This document shows, piece by piece, positions 38,543 to 51,600 of a DNA stretch of 64,000 nt. Source of the stretch: Squalus acanthias. Taxonomy: Eukaryota. The notes under the pieces are model-generated. The model had not been told where the DNA came from. It did not search any database and saw only the letters and a program-made list of their open reading frames with translations. Both the position numbers and the translations under genes were made by a program. Position 1 is the stretch's first letter. Each line of letters begins with the position of its first letter. The stretch is taken from the NCBI GenBank assembly GCA_030390025.1, contig CM059431.1, forward strand, positions 144,090,001-144,154,000, in the 5' to 3' direction.

Positions 38543-39244
38543 GATGTTTGTATTGTGATCAACTTTCGTTAACATAGTTGTCAACTTCAGAAGCAGATAA
38601 ATAGGTTTGTGCCGAATGACCCTCCTGGTAATTTAGTAAATAACATACAGAATACAGTTACCCGGTGAGTTGAAATTTTTCCACCCGGCTTCCCGTCTAA
38701 CTTTTGATTTCACATTTTGAACTTGTAGATCTTTATGACTGAACTCCTTGCCACAGTGAAGAATTAGAGCAATTTATGCATTATCCTTGTAACATTAAAA
38801 CTGACATATGATCATCTAGGGGTTTCCTCTTTATAAAGACAGAAAGCAGGATTTTACATAGATGGGATGTACAGCACAGAAACAGGCCATTCAGCCCAAC
38901 TGGTCCATGCCGGTGTTTATGCTCCACACGAGCCTCCTTTCCCCCTATTTCATCTAACCCAATCAACATATCCATATTTCCTTACACACTCATGTGGCTT
39001 CCCCTGAAATTAATCAAGTTTCTATAATTTCTTTAAAAGCTGGAATTGCCAATCCCTATAATCTCTGGGACTGAGCTGTGTGACATATAAAGTGCAGAAA
39101 TATCCTTTCTATGTTTAGATTGACAGTAGTGTCCCCACAGTCCAAATGAGGTAAGCCCAACAATTCTTGTGACAACAATAACAGGTTTCATTGTAACTCT
39201 TTCCCTCTGATATTCGAGGGGCCATTCTCGAACAAAGGGGAGAT

Positions 39245-40185
39245 CGGGAACTGGCATAGTGCAGGAACCCGTGTGACTGGGATCTCGCAGAGTGTGGGAA
39301 CCCGTGGGAATGGGAACTGGCAGAGTGTGGGAACCCGTGGGAATGGGAACTGGCAGAGTGTGGGAACCCGTGGGACTGGGAACTGGCAGAGTGCGTGAAC
39401 ACGTGGGACTGGGAACTGGCAGAGTGCGTGAACATGTGGGACTTAGATCTGGCAGAGTGCGGGAACACTTGGGACTGGGATCTGGCAGAGTGAGGGAACC
39501 CGTGAGACTGGGGACTGGCAGAGTGCGGGAACCCGTGGGACTGGGATCTGGCAAAATGTGGGAACCCGTGGGACTGGGATCTGGCAGAGTGTGGTAACCC
39601 GTGGGACTGGGAACTGCCAGAGTGCGTGAACCCGTGGGACTGGGATCTGGCAGAGTGCGGGAAGCCTTCGGACTGCAATCTGGCAGAGTGCGGGAACTCG
39701 TGCGACTGGGAACTGGCAGAGTGCGGGAACTCATGGGAATGGGAATTGGCAGAGTGTGGGATTCCGTGGGACTGGGATCTGGCAGAGTGTGGGAACCCCT
39801 GGGACTGGGATATGCAGAGTGCTTGAACCCGTGGGACTGGGATCTGGCAGAGTGTGGGAACCCATGGGACTGGGATCTGGCAGATTGCGGGAACACGTGG
39901 GACTGGGATCTGACAGAGTGTGACCCGTGGGACTGGGATCTGGCAGAGTGTGGGAACCCGTGGGACTGGGATCTGGCAGAGTGCGGGAACCCGTGGGACT
40001 GGGAACTGGCAGAGTGTGGGAATCCGTGGGACTGGGAACTGGCAGAGTGCGGGAACCCGTGGGACTGGGAACTGGCAGAGTGTGGGATTCCGTGGGACTG
40101 GGATCTGGCAGAGTGTGGGAATACCTGGGACTTGGATCCTGCAGAGTGTTTGAACCCGTGGGACTGGGATCTGGCAGAGTGTGTG
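39245..40185. repeat. 33-bp G-rich minisatellite
   Basis: Unit GGGAACCCGTGGGACTGGGATCTGGCAGAGTGT, about 28 copies. Confidence 0.95.
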
Positions 40186-40719
40186 ATCCGACAGAACGGA
40201 AGGGAACCAGCAGAGCGGGGCCATGATGAGAAGGAGAGCGGGAAGAGTCCAACAAATCAATAGATGATGAGGGCTCTACTTTGAATTAATAAAATATCAA
40301 TTGCTTTTAAATTTCGATTGGTGTAATGATATTAACAGCGATTTGATAAAATCGTTAAAAGAAGAGATTGGATCAGTTTCAAAAATAAATTGGTTAACAT
40401 ACTTGGCGTAAGAAAACTACTAGGCACTTGGTCTAAGCGTTAAACAAAGATTTAATCAACTGTTTTTCAACATGGAGGTCTAGTTGTGTCCTTCATTAGT
40501 TCCTGTTCAGAATGTCCTGCGCAAGCTGGGCCCGTGACAGATTATTTATACTCTCCCTGGACAGCGCAACCCGCAGGCCACTCAGTATTATTTCATAAAT
40601 CTTGAATGACAGATTCATGTCAATATGTATAATGTATTTTGCTTCAACTTAAATTGTTCATTATACAGAACAATGAAAGAATAATCTTCCAAACTGAGCA
40701 AGAAAGAGATCAATGTGAA

Positions 40720-41650
40720 ACTGGATGTACCCGGATGTGAGGTGTCGGGCGGGGCCTTCACCACAGCGGGTGAAAGACCTGAAAACGGTCGACATGGCCA
40801 GAAACAGGGATCGTTCTCCATTGAGCAGAGAATGTTCCGGTGAGATTTGTCCAAAATTATGAGGGGTTTTGACTAAATAAGAAAGCATTGTTTCCACTGG
40901 CAGGAGTGTTGGTAATCACGCCCATAATTTAAGGAAATTGGCAAATGAAACAGCGAGGAGATGAGGTGTTTTTTTTTACATAACCAGCTGTTATGATCTG
41001 GAATGAATTGCCTGAAAGGGTAACGTGAGCACATTACAGCTCCTTTCACGATCTAAGGATGTCCCAAAGCGTTTTACGTTCATTGAAGTACTTTTTGAAG
41101 TGTAGTTACTGTTGTAATGTAGGAAGCGGGACAGTCAATTTGAGCACAGAAAGCTCCCACAAACAGCATTGAGATAATGACCAGATAATCTGTTTTAGTG
41201 ATGTTGTTTGAGGGATGGCTAGGACTCTGTGGTGATCTCCCCTACTATTCTTTGAAATAGTGCTGTGGGATCTTTTATGTTCTCCTGACAGAGCATTCGG
41301 TGCCTCGATTTAACGTCCATCCGAAAGACGGCACCTCCGACAGTGCAGCACACACTCTGTACTGCATTGAAGTGTCAGCATAGATTTTGAGTTCACGTCT
41401 CTGGAGCGGTCTATAACCCACTACCATCTGATGCAGAGGCGAGAATGCTGCGATAGAGCCACTGCAGACATCCTAATAAATATAGTAACTTTAAAATGGA
41501 ATTGGATATATATTGAAAATGCGAGGATTGCTAGGCTGTGGGGAAACGGCAGCGGAGTTGGACTAATTGGACACCTAGTTCAAAGAGCAGAGAGAGGCAT
41601 GATAGTCCGCATGGTCTCCTTATGGGCTTTCTCATTCTAGGATTCTATGT
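40720..41650 (+). mobile_element. CR1 3' fragment interrupted by a SINE
   Basis: CR1 3' sequence resumes near 41470 and ends in TTCTAGGATTCTATG. Confidence 0.65.
41035..41470 (-). mobile_element. DeuSINE (SacSINE1-like)
   Basis: Reverse complement of the 16396-16840 family. Confidence 0.75.
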
Positions 41651-42515
41651 CGCTTGCGTTGCCCGTGATCTTCAGCCAATAATGAAAATGGAATGTAAGC
41701 TGAGGAAGCGCATCTATAATTTTCCAATAATCCACCCGCGTGCGTGCGAGACTCCGGCAGTAGTGCAGGTCTGGGAGATCCGAAAGCTAGATTAGACAAG
41801 TGGAAAGTAGTTAATGAGGAGCTAGTGGTTGTGGATTTAAGTGGTATTATTCCATTTAAAAGAGAATGGACCCTCATCGAGGGTCCACGTCATTATGTCG
41901 GGAGCAATATTTAGAATTAAGAAAAAGCTTTTTCATTATCCAGCGAATCTAGCACGTAGATAGTAAGGACCAGCAAAGGCTCTTTGGTAAATATTCGGAG
42001 TAGAACACAAGTGAATCATTGAAGGCTTGTATGAGAGGCAGGGATCAATAGTTATTTTTAATATAGTTACAGTGTTCAACCACATAACATGGGATTCTGG
42101 AATCCAGGGACCCGGACACCGCGAGATAAAGGAATGGGGACTGACGGGAGTGACGGTTTACTGACATTGTTACAAGTTTCCTCAATTAGAGAAGAATCCT
42201 GAGGATCCGACAATGGCTGAAATAATCCCAGTGTTTAAAATAAGGCCAGGAGAAATCGAGTGGGTGAGCACCTGGGAGAGGAGCAATGTAACAGGGAATT
42301 ATATTGGTTTGAGGGACGATGTGTTATCTTTAACTAACCTGCTGGAGTTTCTGAAACACATCACTGGCCTGTAGGGCAGGGGAAATGCAGTGGGAATGAC
42401 CCAGTCTGATTTTAAGGAAGCAGCGGACAAGGTTCCACATCTACAAATGGTGAGGAATTATGGGATGGGGTGGGAGATCTGGCACTGCACAGACAGCTCA
42501 TTACAAAATGAAAGT

Positions 42516-43901
42516 ATGATGTGGAGATGCCGGCGTTGGACTGGGGTGGACAAAAATGAGAAGTCGCACAACACCAGGTTATAGTCCAACAGATTTATTA
42601 AATTTTACAAGCTTTCGGAGCGAATCCCTCCTTCCTCAGGTAGGGTAGCAGTGAGAGAATCTCCCAGAATTCACAATATAGACACAGACAAAATCTATTC
42701 AAATCTTTCCCTACATCAAAGACACACTAAGAGCACAGCCAAGACAATGAGATGTGTCCCAGGGGGTCCAACGTGTCAAAACACCTGCTGGCTGCATATC
42801 CTGTCAATTTGTGTTGGTTCTTGTGTTAGTCTTTTTTAAAAAAAACACCTGGAAAGACCGGCCATGATGTCAAGTCACGTTCTGTATCGTGACATGAACC
42901 CGATATCGCGATTGAGGCCATCCTCATGAGTGCGGAACTTGGCTATCAGTTTCTGCTCTATGATTTTGCGCTGTCGTGTATCCCGAAGGCCGCCTTGGAG
43001 AACGCTTACCCGCAGATCCGAGGCTGAATGCCCCTGGCTGCTGAAGTGTTCCCCGACTGGGAGGCAACCCTCCTGCCTGGCGATTGTTGCGCGGTGTCCG
43101 TTCATACGTTGTCTCAGTTTCTGCATGGTCTCGCCGATATACCATGCTCTGGAGCATCCTTTACTGCAACGTATCAGGTAGACAACGTTGGCCGAGTCAC
43201 ATGAGTATGTACCGTGTACCTGGTGGGTAGTGTCCTCACGTGTGATGATGGTATCTGTGTCCATGATTTGGCATGTCTTGCAGAGGTTGCCGTGGCAAGG
43301 TTGTGTGGTGTCGTGGTTGCTGTTCTCCTGAAAGATGGGTAATCTGCTGCGAACGATGGTACTTTTGAGGTTAGGCGGCTGCTTGAAGGCGAGTAGTGGA
43401 GGCGTGGGGCTGGCCTTAGCAAGGTGTTCGTCGTCATCGATGACATGTTGAAGGCTGCGAAGAACATGGCGTAGTTTTTCCGCTCCGGGGAAGTACTGGA
43501 CGACGTAGGGTACTCTGTTGGTTGTGTCCCGTGTTCATCTTCTGAGGAGGTCTATGCGGTTTTTCGCTGTGGCCCGTCGGAACTGTCGATCGACGAGTCG
43601 AGCGTCATATCCCGTTCTTACGAGGGCGTCTTTCAGTGTCCGTAGGTGTCCATCGCGTTCCTCCTCGTCTGAGCAGATCCTGTGTATTCGCAGGGCTTGT
43701 CCGTAGGGGATGGCTTCTTTTACGTGGTTAGGGTGGAAGCTGGAGAATTGGAGCATCGTGAGGTTGTCCGTGGGCTTGCGGTAGAGTGAAGTGCTGAGGC
43801 GTCCGTCTTTGATGGAGTTTCGTGTGTCCAAGAATGAAACCGATTCTGAGGAGTAGTCCATGGTGAGTTTGATGGTGGGATGGAACCTGTTGATGCTATC
43901 G
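42516..43901 (-). mobile_element. Penelope-like element, Neptune type, 5'-truncated (RT C-terminus + GIY-YIG endonuclease + terminal repeat)
   Basis: One frame 42875-43900 with a single TGA at 43535-43537: VSFLD...LYRKPTD...IPYGQALRIHRICS, linker CHGNLCKTC, NVVYLIRC...YIGET...RMNGHR. Confidence 0.92.
42606..42642 (-). ncRNA. Minimal type I hammerhead ribozyme motif in Penelope terminal repeat
   Basis: TAC CTGAGGA A GGAG-GGATTCG-CTCC GAAA GCTT GTA. Confidence 0.7.
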
Positions 43902-44189
43902 TCTAATTAAAGTAGATTAACGACAAATAGGAACCTGTAAGGGACGGGTGACTATTGAACCTCTGGGAGCTTCCTTGTTAGCTGTTTTATTTTAATGCTT
44001 TGTTTAATAGAATCTCAACAGCGACGAGGGTATCTTAGAAACAAAAACAATGAAAATGATAGCAACACAGGGAACACAATAAAACCATAGACATTTGCTC
44101 TGTGAGTAGGTCGTGTGACCCATTCTATCTGTACCGGGTCCTTTGATACCACAGTCAAAAACTATCCGCACTGACTTCTTCTCTCTCAA

Positions 44190-44830
44190 CAGCCATTTAA
44201 TTCATCTGCATCAATATTAAACTAACTTTCCCTTCACTATTCCCTGAGGCAAAACATTCCAGCTGAAGCAAGCCTTTGAATAAAGAAATATCTGCTAACC
44301 TCTCTGCTCATTCCCTTTGTGATCACGTGAAGTCGATCACCATTTATTGCTCGCTCCCCAACTAGACAGAATAATCTCTCCCTCTTCACTCTGTCGAAAC
44401 TGTTCCGAATTTTTGAAACCTCTATTAAATCTTCACTTAGCTTTCGCTGCTCCAGTGCAAATAGTCCCATTATCTTGACCCTCATCATCAGTATAGTTCT
44501 GATCCATGGCACCATCTTGGTGTCTCTACACTGCCCGCTCTCAGTGGATTTAATGTCCTTTCTACAATGAGGGGCCGAATCTGTACCTGCTGTTCTAATG
44601 GTGGCCTCACCAGTATTGTGTAAAGATTCATCATCACTTGTTTATTCTTGTGGTCTACGCCCATATATATAAACACAAATTTCTCATCCAGTTTTCACAT
44701 GGAATTATCCACCTGCAAACACACTTTCGAGGAATTAAGTATTTGGATCCCTATCGCTCGCTGTCCATCCACACCCTTCAGCTCTTTTCCATTGAGAAAC
44801 GTCTTCCATTCCTTTTCGTTTCTCGCAGAT
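44190..44830 (-). mobile_element. Degraded CR1 fragment
   Basis: NLYTILVRPPLE...; GLFALEQRKLSEDLIEVSKI. Confidence 0.75.
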
Positions 44831-46519
44831 TGAAGCGAGATCAGGGATGAACAATTTGTAACTGATTCAAAGTTGCTGGTATTTTTCAATGATTATTTAA
44901 GACTATGTGTAACCGAATAATAAGACGGTAATGACCAAAGATTCTTTCTGACCGTCCGCAAATGTTCAGCCAACCAGAGGCTACTTAATATCAGTTTTAT
45001 TTCAGCTGAATTTCTAGCAACTTTTTTTTACAGATAAGTTGCATGAAAAGTAATAGTTAATAACTTTATGAATAATCATTCATGTTTACATTCCTTTACT
45101 ATTTTGTTTGCGAGACTGGTTGAGAAAGAATTACAATAATATTACTCAAGATACTTTTATCGACAGCACAAAACAAGAACAGACTCCATCTTTGTGCTGA
45201 GTGAGAGACACCAGTCAGCGCACAATCGAGATTTTAAGTCAGTACCTGGGACAAAAGAGGTGAAAGGTCTCATCGATGAGCCGAATTCCGACTGTGTCCG
45301 CCATTCGAACACTGATCACGTGAAAAGATCCGGCTCCATTTGTCAATGAGGAATGGAGTGCGATAGAGAGACCCGCGCCTGCAAGATTCACACCAAACTT
45401 CCAGGAAATTAACAGTATCAGCGATCGCAGGACCTTTGATAGTTTTCATGATGCGGAGATGCCGGTGTTGGACTGGGGTGGACAAAAATGAGAAGTCGCA
45501 CAACACCAGGTTATAGCCTCAGCAGCCAGGAGAAGGAGAGTGAGGAGCAGCAGCAGCAGCAGCAGCAGAGGCAGAGTGGTGGTCTCTGTGACCAGGAAGA
45601 GGAGAAGGAGACCAGACAGCAGACCACCACCAACAACCAACAACCACAACAACTGAGGTGCCTGGAGAGAGAGGACAGGAGAGGAGAAAGAAAAGAAAAG
45701 AAGGCCAAGGCCATCAACACCAGAGGAGAGGCCTTTCCATCACTGCCTCCTCAATTGGCCTCCATTTTAGGAGAGGGAGAGAGGGGAGAAAACATCACAA
45801 CAAACATCATCTGTTTGGAAGGAGGAAGAAGGAAGGAAAGAACATCTACAGGTGGGTGTCTATTTGGTGCACTCTCCCAGAGACTTTGTTTTGTAGGTGG
45901 GGGGAGGAAAGAAGAAAAGAAGAAGCCCGGAACATCCAAGGGGTGTATGTGTGTGTGTGGCTTCTGTAAAAACTAGGACGCACACACCATATTAAACGTC
46001 CCTTTCCCATTGCCTGGCCTGGGACAGCTGGAGCTGCCTAGGTGAAGTTCCCCAATTTAAGTTCATCTAATTGGGCATCGTTAAGACCTGGTGCAGGACT
46101 GAGCCTGGGCATCTCCAGCTTTCCCAGGTGAAGACATCTTCTCCCCCCACCAGAAGACCACCACCAAAGACTTTTATTTACATCGGAGAGTGCACCCCCT
46201 GCCAACACCCACCCACCCACCATCCTGAGTGGCGACCCTGCCCTTGCTGCTTCCCTCCTTCCCACCCCCTCTCTCTCTCTCTTTGTCTCTTGTCTCTCTC
46301 TGCCTCTCTCTCCAAGAGGCACCTCAATTTACTTTTAATTAAGTACCCATTGAGCAGAGGGAGAAGGCCCCTCTCCTAATTAATTCATATAAAGGGAGAG
46401 GTGTGCCTACAATTTAAGAGCTCCCTCTGCTCAGGGGAAAAAAAAATACAAAACCGAAGCCATTAACACCTTCAGAGCTGTGACTTGGGGTGAGAGTAGC
46501 CCTTAAAGACCCGTCCATT

Positions 46520-48671
46520 ATGGCGAGCACATCTTCGTCGGTGGCGGGGGCAGCGAGGACGCATGCGAGCGTGGCAGCCGCGGCCACGGCCGCAGCCACG
46601 AGTCCTCCTGTTACCCCGTCAACTTTTACCCTCCTTACGAGGAAGAATGGGGTCAAGAGCTACACTCACCCCAATATGACAATAGAGGCGTGCGTGAAGG
46701 CCATGGCTGGGGTTGTCGGCCCTTCAGCCATCGTCGCCGCCTCTAAAATGTACGGCAAGGCTGTGTTCTTCCTGGGGTCGGAGCGGGCGGTGTCCCTGGC
46801 CATCGAGAAGGGGCTCACCGTGGGCGGGACCTTCCTGCCGGTGGACCCCCTTGAGGCCACCGTGCAAAGGATTGTTGTTTCCAACGTCCCGCCCTTTGTT
46901 CCGGGTGAGCTCTCCTCCCCCACCTACGTCAACTGGGGGAGGTGAGGTCGGGGATCACACCCATCCCGCTCGGCTTCCGGGAAGCCAGCCTTCGGCACGT
47001 CTTCTCCTTCCGGCGCCAGCTTTTCGTCCGGCTGGCGCGGGAGGAGGACGTGGACGGCGCGTTCACGGTGCTCCACGGGGGGACCGCCCACCGCGTCTTC
47101 TGGACCTCGGACGGCGTGCGGTGCTACGCCTGTAAGGAGGTGGGGCACGTCCGCAAAAACTGCCCCGCCTCCAAGGCCGCCACGACACCTAGCGCGGCCA
47201 GGGCTGGCGCCGCCGCCCCCCTCCCCCTGATACTGTCCGCGCGTCGAAGACAACGGATGCGCGGTCAACGTCGGGGGCCAACACCATCACGGCCTCCGGC
47301 GGGGGGGAGGGAGAGCGTCCGAGGGGAAGGAAGGCGCTTAGAAAGACTAAACACCTAAGGGCGGATCCCCTCGTGGACAAAACCACCGATTTGCCCGAAC
47401 TCACGCCCGCGTACATCGCGGAGTTGACCGGGACGCGTGAGGCTGGGGGGGTCCTCGTGCCCGGGCCCGTGACCGTGACCGCAACTGCCAAGGCAGCTAA
47501 ATCAAGACCTGCGGCCGGGCTCGGTCCCGAGGGGCCCAAGAAACCCAGTCATCGGAAGGGGGCAGAGAGGGAGGCCCCAGCAGACATGGAGGCCTCCCCC
47601 TCTCCGGGCCCCAATATGTTAAAAAGGAAGCTCCACCCCCAGGAGGAGGACTGCGAGGAGGAAGGTCCCTCCGCAGAAGGGGAGTCGTCGCCCGCCACGG
47701 GTACTGCGCCCCACCCCACCACCGTCATCGTCGCGCGCGAGCGGCAGGGGTCGCCTGTCCCTCGGGAAGGTGAGACAGCCGAGTCTGTCCGACCTGTGCC
47801 TCCCGGGGATGGGGAAGAGACCCTGCCCGTGGGGGGGGGCGCGGAACAACCCGCGGATATTAATAAAAATCCAGAACCGTTGCTCCTCGCCGGGTAGGGC
47901 GTCCTGGGGACTGGGGCGGGCGAGGCCAAAGAGGCTGAAGCCGAGCCCGCCTTTTACAACCCAGATATCTCCCAGGGACTGCTCGACCTGGTGGAGGAGT
48001 ACAACAATCCCCAGCCCGCTGGGTCGGAGGTTGGTGGCGGGGAGACAGAAAGCCCCCTGACTCCGTCTCTGATGTTGGCGCCGGACGTACTGGAGGACTT
48101 TGAAATTATTTTCTCCCCGGTTTCTCCGGTCGCTCCGGCGCCTGAGGCGGGGGGGAGGCCTGAGCCGCCGCCGCCTCCCGGCCCGGCGCCCCTGAAGGAG
48201 CCCAGGGTGGACTCCTCTGCCACCGATCCTGGGGGTGGGATCGTGAAGGAGGCGGGGCCGGCCGGCGCGGCCGAGCCGTTCGCTGCACCCCGTGCGACGG
48301 ACGGGTTGGTCGCCGGTGACGACCTCCCGGAGGAGGACGGGGACTCGGTGTTGGGCACCGAGGACGATTTGGAGTCCATCGGCAGCGAGGCGATGGACGC
48401 CCTCGTGCCCTTCACCGACTCTCCCCTCATCCCCGTAGGGGAACTCCGGGATTTTATGGCCACGAGCCAGGGTCGTCACAAGAAGATCCGGCTGGCCCTC
48501 GACAAGTGGTCGGAGCTGGCGCTGCTCGTCGTGTCCGTCCGCGCCGCCATTAAAATCATGGGCGTGGACAAGGACATTGGCCGGCTCGAGCTGCGTCGGC
48601 TCAAGAGTTTCCACACTGGGCTGCTGAGGGAGTGGCGGTCGTCAGTGACCGCGCTCCCTCCCCTCCGTTAG
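46520..48671 (+). pseudogene. Tx1 ORF1 (gag-like, CCHC zinc knuckle), frameshifted
   Basis: LTRKNGVK...IVAASKMYGKAVFFL...IVVSNVPPF; CYACKEVGHVRKNC; long Pro/Glu-rich region; several breaks. Confidence 0.85.
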
Positions 48672-48696
48672 GTAGAGGTTGCACTATGCTTCTGAG

Positions 48697-51600
48697 ATGA
48701 AGATAACCATAGCCAGCCTCAACATCAACGGCAGCAGGGAGGCGCGCCGTAGATTCAATAACTTCTCGGTCCTACAGGACGGGAAATATGCGGTGTGCTT
48801 CCTGCAAGAAACCCACACCGTTCCGGGAGACGAGGCCACGTGGCTCCTGGAGTGGCAAGGAGGGGTCAGCATGAGTCACCTCTCCAACAATTCCTGCGGG
48901 GTGGCTGTCTTGCTGGCCCCGCATTTTCAGCCGGAGATCTTGAGGGTCAAGGAGCACGTGCCGGGCCGCTTGCTCCAGGTCACTGTTCGCCTGGGAGGCA
49001 TGCCGCTCCATTTAGTGAACGTGTACGCCCCCCGGACCGGTGCGCAGCAAGTGCGCTTCTTCGGAGAAGTGTCCGCTCTTCTGGGCTCCCTCAACGTGGG
49101 CGAGTGCGTCATCCTCAGGGGGGATTTCAATTGTACCCTCGAGGCGCGGGACCGGTCGGGTCCCCCGCGAAGCCCGGCGGCGATGGAGAAGTTGCGGGAC
49201 CTGGTCGGGTCCTTCGACTTGGTGGACGTCTGGCGAAATCTCCATCCCGACTCCAGCGCCTTCACGAGCGTGAGGTCTGGAGGAGGAAGGTCCAGAATCG
49301 ACCGCCTTTACATTTCCCGGGCATACGTCTCCTGCGTTCCGGCGGCTTCCATGCGGCCGGTGCCGTGCACGGACCACCACCTGGTGTGGGCGGAGCTCGC
49401 TCCGCTGCGCGCGCGGGGGGGTGTCCACGTACTGGCATTTTAACAACCTGCTGCTGGAGGACGCGCCATTCCGGGATTCGTTTCGCCGGTTCTGGGCCGA
49501 CTGGAGAAGGAAGCGGGGAGGCTTCCCCTCCTTTAGGCTATGGTGGGACGTGGGAAAGGCTCACGTCCGCGTCTTCTGTCAGGAGTACGCGAAAGGGGTC
49601 GACCAAGAGGCGGGAGGCCCGGGTCGGGCGATTGGAGAAAGAAGTGCTCGACCTGGAGTCCCGTCTCGGTCAAGTCGTCGAGGACCCGACCCTGCGGAAG
49701 GTGTACGAAGAGAAGAAGGGCGCGCTGAAGGAACTGCAGCTGGTCGGGTCCCGAGGCGCGTACGTGAGGTCGCGGATCCAGTTCCTGCGGGACCTGGACC
49801 GCGGTTCCCCCTTCTTCTACTCGCTGGAAAAAAGACGGGGGGTCCGTAAGCAGCTCTTGGGGCTGCTGGCCGACGACGGATCTCTGGTCTCGGATCCGGA
49901 GGGCATCAGCGCGGAGGCCCGGGCCTATTACGGGGCTCTGTTCTCTTCGGATCCGTCCAGCGAGGATGCGCGCAGAGTTTTGTGGGAGGACCTGCCGAAG
50001 GTCGGCCCGGAGGACGCCGAGAATTTAGAAGCTCCGCTAAGCTTGGCGGAGCTGACCGGCGCCCTGCGCCAGCTCTCGAGGGGCAAGTCCCCGGGGCTGG
50101 ACGGGCTAACCGTGGAGTTCCACAGGGCGTTCTGGGACGTCTTGGGGGAAGACTACGCGCGGGTCCTGGGGGAAAGTCTGGCGACCGGGGAGATGCCCCT
50201 CTCTTGGCGCGGGGCGGTCATCGTCCTGCTGCCCAAGAAGGGCGATCTCCGCCTACTTAAGAACTGGCGCCCGGTCTCCCTCCTCAGCACGGACTACAAA
50301 ATTTTCGCCAGGGCTATGTCTGCTCGCCTTGGCACCGTGCTGGCCCACATGATCCACGCCGACCAGTCCTACACGGTCCCGGGCCGGACAATCCACGACA
50401 ACATCCATCTGGACCGGGACCTGGTCCACCATTCCCAGAGGGCTGGTCTGTCGGTCGCCTTCCTTTCCCTAGATCAGGAGAAGGCGTTCGACAGGGTGGA
50501 TCACGAGTATCTTTTCGGGACTCTGCGCGCATTCAGGTTTGGGACGCATTTCGTCGCCCGGATCCGACTTCTGTACGCTGCCGCGGAGTGTCTAATTAAA
50601 GTTAACGGGTCTTTGACGGCGCCCCTTCGCTTCGGGAGGGGGGTGCGTCAGGGATGCCCCATGTCCGGTCAGTTATACGCCGTTTGCGTGGAGCCTTTCC
50701 TGCGCCTCTTGCGGAAGAGGTTGACGGGACTGGCTCTGCAAGGGCCGGGCGTGGAGGTGGTCCTCTCGGCTTACGCCGATGACATGCTCCTCGCGGTCAC
50801 GGATCCCGTCGACTTGCGGAGGATGCGAGAATGCCAACAGATTTAATCGGACACATCCTCCGCCAAGATCAACTGGGAGAAATGTTCTGGACTCCTGGTG
50901 GGCCCATGGCAGGTGGACTCCCTGCCAGAGGAGAACGGGCCTTTCGCCTGGAGCACCACGCACCTCCTCTACCTGGGAGTCTACCTCAGCCCGGCCGAGG
51001 ACGCCTGGCCGGCGAACTGGCAAGAGCTGGAGACCAAGGTCACCGCTCGCCTAGGGCGCTGGACAGGACTGCTCCGAGTGTTGTCCTACAGGGGTCGAGC
51101 GCTGGTCATAAACCAGCTGGTGGCCGCCATGTTGTGGTACCGGTTGGTCACTTTGATCCCTCCCCCTGCGTTTGTCGCCAAGATGCAGAAGAAGCTCGTC
51201 GACTTCTTCTGGGACAAAAGAAAGCACTGGGTCTCTGCCACGGTTTTGAGTCTCCCGCTTAGGGAGTGCGGTCAGGCGCTGGTGTGCCTTCGCACCCAGG
51301 CGGCGACTTTCCGTCTTCAGACGCTGCAGAGATACCTGTACGTGGAGAATCCTCCTAGGTGGCGTGCGCTGGCGACGTATTTCTTCCGCCAGCTGCACGG
51401 CCTCAATTACGACACGCAGCTCCTGTTTGTGAGAGTGGGTGGCACGCGTGCCAGCCTGCGGGAGCTGCCTGTCTTCTACCAGGAACTGCTATGGGTTTGG
51501 AACAGCGTCGCCTCCGGGCGCAGTTCTCCCCCGTCAGGAGCGGTGGCCGTCCTTCGGGAGCCGCTGTTCAGGAATCCGCACCTCCACGACCGTGGGTTCG

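Noticed and set aside
39033..40263. Long ORFs (up to 381 aa) on both strands
   Set aside because: By-products of a 33-bp stop-poor tandem repeat; no splice or domain evidence
45488..45976. PolyQ/charged 162-aa ORF
   Set aside because: Spans the TSD junction into the microsatellite-rich Tx1 5' UTR
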